Shown piece by piece: positions 55,594-64,000 of a stretch of 64,000 bases of DNA. Made by a program: the position numbers and the translations under genes. Below the pieces are notes generated by a model. That model did not search any database. It worked only from the letters and a program-made list of their open reading frames with translations, and had not been told where the DNA came from. The stretch lies in assembly GCA_964016885.1 (NCBI GenBank), contig OZ024762.1, positions 8,060,001 through 8,124,000 of the forward strand. The letters are read 5' to 3'. The stretch comes from Eledone cirrhosa. Lineage: Eukaryota. Position 1 is the stretch's first letter; every line of letters begins with the position of its first letter.

Positions 55594-55950
55594 ACTCTTT
55601 TCCTACTATATCAAGTGTAAAACTAATAACATATTTCTTCATTGTAATGTGTCATTTATTTTGTTATTTCTGTTCTCCTTTTGCATATGTATATGTGTGT
55701 GTGTGTGTGTGTGCAGAAGGAAAACAGAAATAAAAAAGCAAATGACACTGTTCAATGAAGAAATATGTTATTAGTTGTGGTTGGCATTATGAAGGGCACC
55801 CAACTGTAGAAACCAAGCCAGAAACAGTTCTGTATGAACATGACACAGTCATATGACTTGACTTTTCTCACAACGTGACAACTAATACTATCTAACTGAT
55901 ACTAGTGTGGAAAATAGACATTAAATGGTTATGATGAAGATGATGATGAG

Positions 55951-55997
<47 letters not shown>

Positions 55998-55999
55998 TT

Positions 56000-56380
56000 C
56001 TAGGGCGGGTAAAATTCCCAAGATCCATGGACGAGTTCTCTCCAGTGGTCTCTGTCCCTCATTATCGCTGCCATGTCCTGCGTCTTCAACAGACTAGTGT
56101 CTGTCCTTAGGGCATCAACATACGTTAACCTTGGTCTTTCTCTTCCAGTGTGTCCATGTTGGGGCTCCCACAGGAGCACTGAGTGCAATGTCAACTCTGG
56201 ATGTCGGTGAGCATGTCCAGCTAACCTCAGTCTCCTCTGTGTCACTTTTGAGCTGACTTTTGGGAGGCTCCCATACAGCTCTGAGTTTTTCATCCTCAGT
56301 GTATACTAATTAATGTTCAGAGCCATCCTCAGCATTTTCGTGTAGCACCCATCCACCATCTGAGTGAGTTTCTTGGTGGA
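56000..56380 (-). mobile_element. RTE/RTE-X-like LINE 3' fragment
   Basis: ORF 56000..56293 NSELYGSLPKVSSKVTQRRLRLAGHAHRHPEL... Confidence 0.87.
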
Positions 56381-57256
56381 TAATAGATATATATATATAT
56401 ATATATATATATACGAAACAGAAGTTGAAAATGCAATTGGAGTCTTTAAGAAGATTTATTTACAATAACTTTACTGGTTTCACAGTTTTATGATTTCCAA
56501 AAGTTACATGAGATGGTGGGATATGTGGCTATGTCCTTATATGTCTCGCATCTATTGGTTTGGGAAATTTCTTTCCAAATCAAGTGGATGGGATGTTACT
56601 AGTTCTTACCAATAGGACCATTATTCAACGTAGAACTCAATACTTTAAAAAAGTAAGGTGTAGATATTATTGTCACAATTCTCCACTCTATGGTTAAACT
56701 TCTACTACTTCTACATCATTTGGTATTGAAACGGCAGAAGCTCAACCATAGATCAGAGAATCTTTATAGTGATATAGGTGTGTGTATCAGTGTGTATGTA
56801 TCTGTGGGTGTATCAGTGTGTGTGTGTGTGTATCAGTGTATTTGTGTATCTGTATGTGTGTGTGAGTATCAGTATGTATGTATCTTTGTGGGTGTATCAG
56901 TGTGTGTGTGTGTGTGTATCAGTGTATTTGTGTATCTATATGTGTGTGTGTGTGTGTCAGTGTGTGAATCTGACTGCATGACCATATCTGTGTGTGTGTG
57001 TAGGTGTATGTATCTGTGTGTGTGTGTGTAGGTTTATGTATCAGTGTGTGTGTGTTATGTATATATATGTGTGTCTGTGTGTATGTTATGTATATATATA
57101 TATATATATGTGTTATATATATGTATGTGTGTTATATATATATATATATGTGTGTTATATATATATATATATGTGTTATATATATATATATATGTGTGTG
57201 TGTTATATATATATATATGTATGTATGTGTTATATATATATATATATATGTATGTG

Positions 57257-57300
<44 letters not shown>

Positions 57301-57609
57301 AACTACAATTGAGGTTGACAAGCTTCTCAAACAACAACACTGATGATGTAAAGATGAGAGAAGCTTACGAAAGCTGTTGCCTAGCAACAAAGACATTTTG
57401 TGAGGCAATGTTGTCACGGAAACCGAACAACTGATGTCTTGGACCTCTCATCTCTTCATCACATCTCTGTCTCTTCGCCACCCCCCTCTCTCTCTCTCTC
57501 TCTTCATCTCATCTCTTTCTCTCTCTCCCACTCTCATATGCTCTCTCTTTCTTTCACTCTTCCTTATCTCTTTTCACACCTTCACTTTCTCTCTCTTTCA
57601 CGCCTCTCA

Positions 57610-58330
57610 TACTGACACACACACACACACACACTAACACAGACACACACACACACAAATGTACACACACTAACACAGACACACACACACACACACAAAT
57701 GTACACACACTGACACACACACACAAACGCACACAAATGTACACATACTAACACAGACACACACATGTACACACACTAACACAGACACACACACATAAAC
57801 ACACACAAATGTACACACACACAAACATACACATTGATACATGAACACACTCACATTGACACACACATACACACACACAGTGACAGCCACACTGACACAC
57901 ACACACACACAGTGACAGCCACAATGACACACACACACACAGTGACAGCCACAATGACACACACACACAGTGACAGCCACAATGACACACACACACAGTG
58001 ACAGCCACAATGACACACACACACAGTGACAGCCACAATGACACACACACACAGTGACAGCCACAATGACACACACACAGTGACAGCCACATTGACACAC
58101 ACACACACACAGTGACAGCCACAATGACACACACACACACACAGTGACAGCCACAATGATACACACACACACAGTGACAGCCACACTGACACACACACAC
58201 ACACACACAGTGACAGCCACAATGACACACACACACAGTGACACACACACACACAGTGACAGCCATGTTGACACACACACAGTGACAGCCACAATGACAC
58301 ACACACAGTGACAGCCATGTTGACACAGAC
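57610..58330. repeat. CA-rich compound minisatellites, mainly agtgacagccacaatg(ac)n
   Basis: Constant core with variable CA tracts. Confidence 0.9.
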
Positions 58331-59532
58331 ACAATAAAAGACACCAGAAAGGATGTATTTAAGAAAGAAATGGACAACAGATGAAATAAGACAAACAAAA
58401 GATGGTGACAGGAAATAAAGGAATACAGGTGTATGTGTGTGTGTATATGTGTGAGTGTGTGTGTGTATGTGTATACGTATATGTATCTGTGTGTATGTGT
58501 GTGTATTTGTGTGAATGTGTGTGTCTATGTGTGAGTGTGCATGTGTATTTGTATCTGTGAGTGTGTATGTATGTGTGTGTGTATATTTGTGTGTGTGTGT
58601 GTATATGTATGTATATGTATATGTATGGGTGTTTGTGTATGTATATGTGTTTACGTGTATTTATGTATGTGTGTATGTATATGTGTATACATGTATCTAT
58701 GAGTGTGTATGTATGTTGTGTATATATATATATATATATGCGTGTGGTAACAAATATATGTAAATAAATATATATATATATGTGTGTATATATATAATGA
58801 AATGCCAGTTGAAGGAAGACGTAGTAGAAGAAGACCACGAAAAACATGGACGGAGGTGGTGCGAGCAGACCTCAGATTGCTGAAGCTCACGGTGGAGATG
58901 ACGAAGGACCGTGACAAGTGGAGAAATGCTGTGCTGACTAGTACCCATCCCACTCTTGCAAGCAGGGAAAAGCGGATGTAAAATGATGATGATGATGATG
59001 ATGATGATGATATATAGTTCAAGGACACAACAAACAGTGGTACAAAGTCTTATTAGTTTCATGCTTTATATGGAAAGGAGAAAAGAAAGTTCAATGTGTT
59101 GGGCTTAAGCCCTTCTTCGGGAGTACAAGGGGAGAGACAAGATCATAAACCAACACCTAGACTCATACTTATTTTATTGATCCTGAACATATGAAAAGCA
59201 AAATAGACCTCAATGTGATTTGAAGAGAGAATGCAAGAAGCCACCACTGTGGGGGGAGAAAGGGGCAATTCTTCCTCAGATGTCAGTCCTTGGAACTCCC
59301 TCCCTCTCCAAGAAGCTACCACAAGTGAAGACATGCCAGGAAATCCCAGTGGAAGAAAGCTGCAGCAGAGGTTGACCAAGGAAGACCTGGGCAGAGGTGG
59401 TGAGAGCTGATCTAAAATCACTGAGACTGACAGAGGAGATGACGAAGTAACACAGTGGGTAGAAAGATGCTGTGCTGACAAGGATCCATTCAACCCATGC
59501 AAGCATGGAAAAACAGACGTGATGATGATGAT

Positions 59533-60345
59533 GTCAATCCATTGGAACTCTCCCTCTCTCCCCAAGAGGCCATCACTGTGAGGGGTAATTCTTCCTCAGA
59601 TGTCAATCCTTTGTAACTCTCCCACCCTGCCCAAGAAGCCATCACTGTGAGAGGTAATTCTCCCTCAAATGTTAGCCCATTGGAACTCTCCCACCCTGCC
59701 CAAGAAGCCATCACTGTGAGAGGTAATTCTCCCTCAGATGTTAGCCTACTGGAACTCTCCCACCCTGCCCAAGAAGCCATCACTGTGAGAGGTAATTCTC
59801 CCTCAAATGTTAGCCCATTGGAACTCTCCCACCCTGCCCAAGAAGCCATCACTGTGAGAGGTAATTCTCCCTCAGATGTTAGCCTACTGGAACTCTCCCG
59901 CCCTGCCCAAGAAGCCATCACTGTGAGAAGTAATTCTCCCTCAAATGTTAGCCCATTGGAACTCTCTCTCCCTCCCCAAGAAGCCATCACTGTGAGAGGT
60001 AATTCTCCCTCAGATGTTAGCCCATTGGAACTCTCTCTCCCTCCCCAAGAAGCCATCACTGTGAGAGGTAATTCTTCCTCAGATGTTAGCCCATTGGAAC
60101 TCTCTCTCTCTCTCCCCAAGAGGCCATCACTGTGAGAGGTAATTCTTCCTCAGATGTTAGTCAATTGGAGCTCCACCTGCCACCCCAAAAAGCTGTCACT
60201 GTGGGGTGTGTGTGTGGAGGGAGAGGGGGAATTCTTCTTTCTCCGATGTCAGTCCATCGGAACTCTCTCTTAGTCCCCAAGAAGTCACCACTGTGAGAGG
60301 GGGGGGGAGGACAATTCTTCTTTCTCGGATGTCAGTCCATCGGAA
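59533..60345. repeat. 69-bp minisatellite; first unit (59235-59322) separated by an RTE tail insertion
   Basis: Unit ttggaactctcccaccctgcccaagaagccatcactgtgagaggtaattctccctcagatgttagccca. Confidence 0.92.
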
Positions 60346-61342
60346 CTGCTCCACCCCACCCCCACCCGCCATGTTTTTCTTAGTCATAGACTTGCAATTG
60401 TTCCAGAAGACTATTAACCAGATTCCCCACATTCATATCTCATATCTCAGGTCTCTGCTGACCAATTAAGTCTAGGGACAAAACCCATTTCCTCCAGGTC
60501 AAACAAGCAAAGAAAAAAATAAACAAACAAACAAAAGTGAGAGAGAGAGAAAGAAAACAAAAAGATTCCCACCCCACACCGAAAAAAAAAAAAAAAAATT
60601 GCAACGGTAACAAAATGGCAGCTGGTCAACATAAAAAGGAATCAAGACATATTTTGGAAAAGTTGAGTGAGAAACATTTTCCTTCCCATTTTTCAATTCT
60701 TCCTTCTTAATATCTTATTAATTCTGACATTTCCACTAAACATTATGATTTGCCTGTCACAGAGAAATATCTCTGGAGACTCACACTGAAATCACTTGAT
60801 ATGCAACTTATTATCATCAAAAAGAAAGAACATTGTTAGGTCTGATTACAGTCTTTTGATAACAACCCACCTGAGATTACCTTCCTTCTATATTATAAAG
60901 CTGTCTCTCTCTCTCTTTTTTTTTTAATGTTCAGATTTAAATTAACCCTTTCATTACTAATATTTCTAATGAAACAATATTTCTAATGAAACAAATGTGG
61001 ACTATGATTTTCAAATAATTGTTTCTACTATTGGCACAAGGCCAGTAATTACCCAGTACATTACTGGTACTTTATTTTATCGACCTCGTAAGGATGAAAG
61101 GCAAATAATATTATATTGAAAGTAAAAAAAAATTTGGAGGGTTTTAGTAACATAACTAACATCCTTGTGTGAGTGTGTGCCTGTGAGTGTGTGTCTGTGT
61201 GAGTGTGTGTCTGTGTGTGTGAGTGTGTTTGTGTTTACAGGGCGTCCCAAAAAATTAAAAAGTGTATACATATTTTGATTACCTGTACAGGCAATATTTA
61301 TTAGAATGTTGTTGAAGTGTGGTATACATTTTTGGAGAACAT

Positions 61343-61399
<57 letters not shown>

Positions 61400-61405
61400 A
61401 AATTC

Positions 61406-61482
61406 AGGACCCCAACGGCTGAGCTCCGGCCTCTTCAACCGCTAGATCCGAATTCGGATCTAGCGGTTGAAGAGGCCAGAGC
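61406..61482. mobile_element. P3-related terminus with a perfect 50-bp palindrome
   Basis: ggcctcttcaaccgctagatccgaattcggatctagcggttgaagaggcc (61428-61477), preceded by aggacccc.acggctgagctc as at 42278. Confidence 0.75.
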
Positions 61483-61726
61483 CGCAAAAGCCAATCTGGC
61501 AAAATGTGGATATTTAACGGATGGGGTCGCTGTGTGTGACTGTGGCATTAAACCACAGGCTACGCAGCACCTCCTGATATGGCCTCTGCTGGAACACCCC
61601 TGCACAGCATTGGACTTAGCAGAATTTAATGAGAAAGGACAGTAATATGTTCAGCTGTGGAAGAACCACATCTAGCCAAGCTTTGTAGCCGACACTCTGG
61701 TGGAGATGATAAGAAGAAAGAAGAAG
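61480..61726 (+). mobile_element. 3' end of a non-LTR retrotransposon, Ingi/Vingi-like
   Basis: KANLAKCGY....CDCG..PQ..QHLL..PLL..PCT..DL zinc-knuckle-like end followed by a (GAA)n tail. Confidence 0.55.
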
Positions 61727-61969
61727 TATCAGCAATGGAAAAACCAATGGAAACATTGTTTCCTTGGTCCGATTTGATGAGTTCCACTCCACTTGGTAAA
61801 CAAATGAGGTCTAGGATCTTGTTGAACGATTCTTTCTTTATTTTTCTCCTAACACTCAATAATCTTCCTGATTTGGTCAACTGTCTTGATACCTCTATAG
61901 TTACCTCTATAGTTACCTCTCTCTAGTGCATCTCCTTGGCCCTTGTAGAAATTTATAATGATATTCCTG

Positions 61970-62492
61970 CACTAACACCACTACCAATGCTACCACCATC
62001 ACCACAACCACCAACACCCTCACTACCACCCCACCACCACCAACATCACCAACACCCCCCATCACTACCAACACCATCAAAACCAACATCACCATCACCA
62101 CCACCAACACCGTCACTCAGACCATCAACATCATCCCCTCCATCACCAACACCGTCACTGTTACTCCCACCCCACCACCAACATCACCATCACCGTCACC
62201 ATCACCACCACCAACACCATCACGGCCACCACAAACACCACCAACATCACCATCACAAACACCACCAACATCACCATCACCATCACCACCACCAACATCA
62301 CCATCACCACCACAAACACCACCAACATCACCATCACCATCACCACCACCAACACCATCACGGCCACCACAAACACCACCAACATCACCATCACCACCAC
62401 AAACACCACTATCACCAACGACACCATATTCCCACCCCCACCATTACTTCTACCCCCCCTCACCACCACCACCACCACCACCATCACCATCA
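61970..62492. repeat. (CAC/CAT/CAA)n low-complexity tract
   Basis: Imperfect trinucleotide repeat; His/Thr/Pro-rich in alternative frames. Confidence 0.85.
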
Positions 62493-62584
62493 CTGTTCTG
62501 CAGTAAGATATTCTAGATAACTGTAGGTCACTGAGTACATTTCATGGCAGCTCCTACTTAGTGTAAGACTACTGGTGAGTGAAG

Positions 62585-63655
62585 TAAGAGGAGAGAGAGG
62601 TAAGAAATAGAGAGAGGGAGAGATAAGAAATAGAGAGAGGGAGAGATGAGAAATAGAGAAAGATATAGAGAGGTGGTAAGAGATATAGTGTGGAGGGAAG
62701 GGAGTTGAGACATATATAGAGAGTGGAGAGGAGGAGAGAGAGAGTGGAAGTGAGAGATATAGTGGAGAGAGAGGAGAGAGGTATAGAGTGGAGAAAGAGG
62801 AGAGAGGTATAGAGTGGAGAGAGAGGGGAGGTGAGAGATATAGAGTAGAGAAAGAGAGAGAGAGAGGGGAGGTGAGAGATATAGAGTGGAGAGAGAGGGG
62901 AGGTGAGAGATATAGAGTGGAGAGAGAGGGGAGGTGAGAGATATAGAGTAGAGAAAGAGAGAGAGAGAGAGAGATAGAGTGGAGAGAGAGAGGAGGGGAG
63001 AGTTATAGAGTGGAGAGAGAGAGGAGGGGAGTGTTATAGAGTGGAGAGAGAGGGGAGGTCAGAGATATAGAGGGGAGAGAGTGAGAGTAGAGAAAGAGAG
63101 AGAAAAGAGGGGGGAGATATAGACTGGAGAAAGGGGGGAGGTGAGAGATAGAGTAGAGAGAGGGGGGAGGTGAGAGATAGAGTGGAGAGAGAGGGGGAGG
63201 TGAGAGATAGAGTGGAGAGAGAGGGGGTGAGAGATAGAGTGGAGAGAGAGGGGGTGAGAGATAGAGTGGAGAGAGAGGGGGAGGTGAGAGGAGAGAGAGG
63301 GGGAGGTGAGAGATAGAGTAGAGAGAGAGGGGAGGTGAGAGGAAAGAGATATAGAGTGGAGAGAGAGGGCGGGGGTGAGAGATAGAGTAGAGAGAGAGAG
63401 GGGAGGTGAGAGGAGAGAGAGAGAGGGGGTGAGAGATAGAGTAGAGAGAGAGGGGAGGTGAGAGGAGAGAGATATAGAGTGGAGAGAGAGGGGGAGTGGA
63501 GAGAGAGGGGGAGGTGAGAGATAGAGTAGAGAGAGAGGGGGAGGTGAGAGGAGAGAGATATAGAGAGAGGGCAGGGGTGAGAGATATAGAGAGTGCCTTG
63601 AGTGTGAAGGGGAGGTTGAAGAGAGGGAGGAATAAGCAAGGAGGTTGAATATATC
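62585..63655. repeat. Polypurine GA-rich minisatellite
   Basis: Units like gtgagagatagagtggagagagaggggg; C is nearly absent on the + strand. Confidence 0.9.
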
Positions 63656-63659
63656 CATA

Positions 63660-63696
<37 letters not shown>

Positions 63697-64000
63697 TGTG
63701 GTGGTGGTGGTAGTGGTGGTTGTGGTGGTGGTAGTAGTAGTAGTAATAGTCATAGTAGTAGTTGTAGTGGTGGTGGGAGTAGTAGTCGTAGTTGTTGTGG
63801 TGATGGTGATGGTGGTGGTGGTGATGGTGGTGGTGGTGATGGTGGTGGTGGTGGTGGTGGTGATGCTGATGGTAGTAGTGATGGTAATAATGGTGATGGT
63901 GATAGTAGTAGCAGTAGTAATAGCAGCAGCAGTAGTACTAATAGTAATAATAGTGATGATAATGGTAGTGGTATTGGTAGTGATAGTAGCAGCAATAGTA
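63660..64000. repeat. (GTA/GTG/GAT)n trinucleotide tract
   Basis: Direct inspection. Confidence 0.9.

Noticed and set aside
59490-60135. ORFs on both strands of the 69-bp array
   Set aside because: Open because the unit is a multiple of 3; flanking units are frameshifted and an RTE tail interrupts the array.
61936-62520. His-rich 194-aa ORF as a structural or metal-binding protein
   Set aside because: Translation of a CAC/CAT simple repeat, non-ATG start, no signal peptide or Gly-His motifs, and also open on the opposite strand.

Overview
AT-rich, repeat-dominated eukaryotic DNA. The SINE families and dense (TA)n/(CA)n background suggest a cephalopod (Octopus-like) genome, which is my inference. 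I cannot support any intact host protein-coding gene: nearly all listed ORFs are translations of micro/minisatellites or decayed retroelements. The window holds two tRNA-headed SINE families, 3' fragments of CR1, RTE and Ingi/Vingi-like LINEs, piggyBac-, hAT- and Tc1/mariner-type MITEs, and about 12 minisatellites, several grown from TE fragments. A unique, CpG-containing promoter-like block lies at about 45.7-47.3 kb, with a strong minus-strand splice donor at 43.9 kb, so most of the left part may be intron. The most interesting unannotated structures are: (1) several families of (TA)n-embedded, often palindromic Penelope-like termini carrying minimal hammerhead ribozyme motifs, some with intact cores and a recurrent non-canonical U-U at the base of stem II; (2) a bulged hairpin shared by otherwise unrelated element families; (3) a unique ~180-nt fold-back at 30.1-30.3 kb; (4) a SINE inserted at the same site in three MITE copies. 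Coordinates were read by eye and repeat boundaries are approximate.
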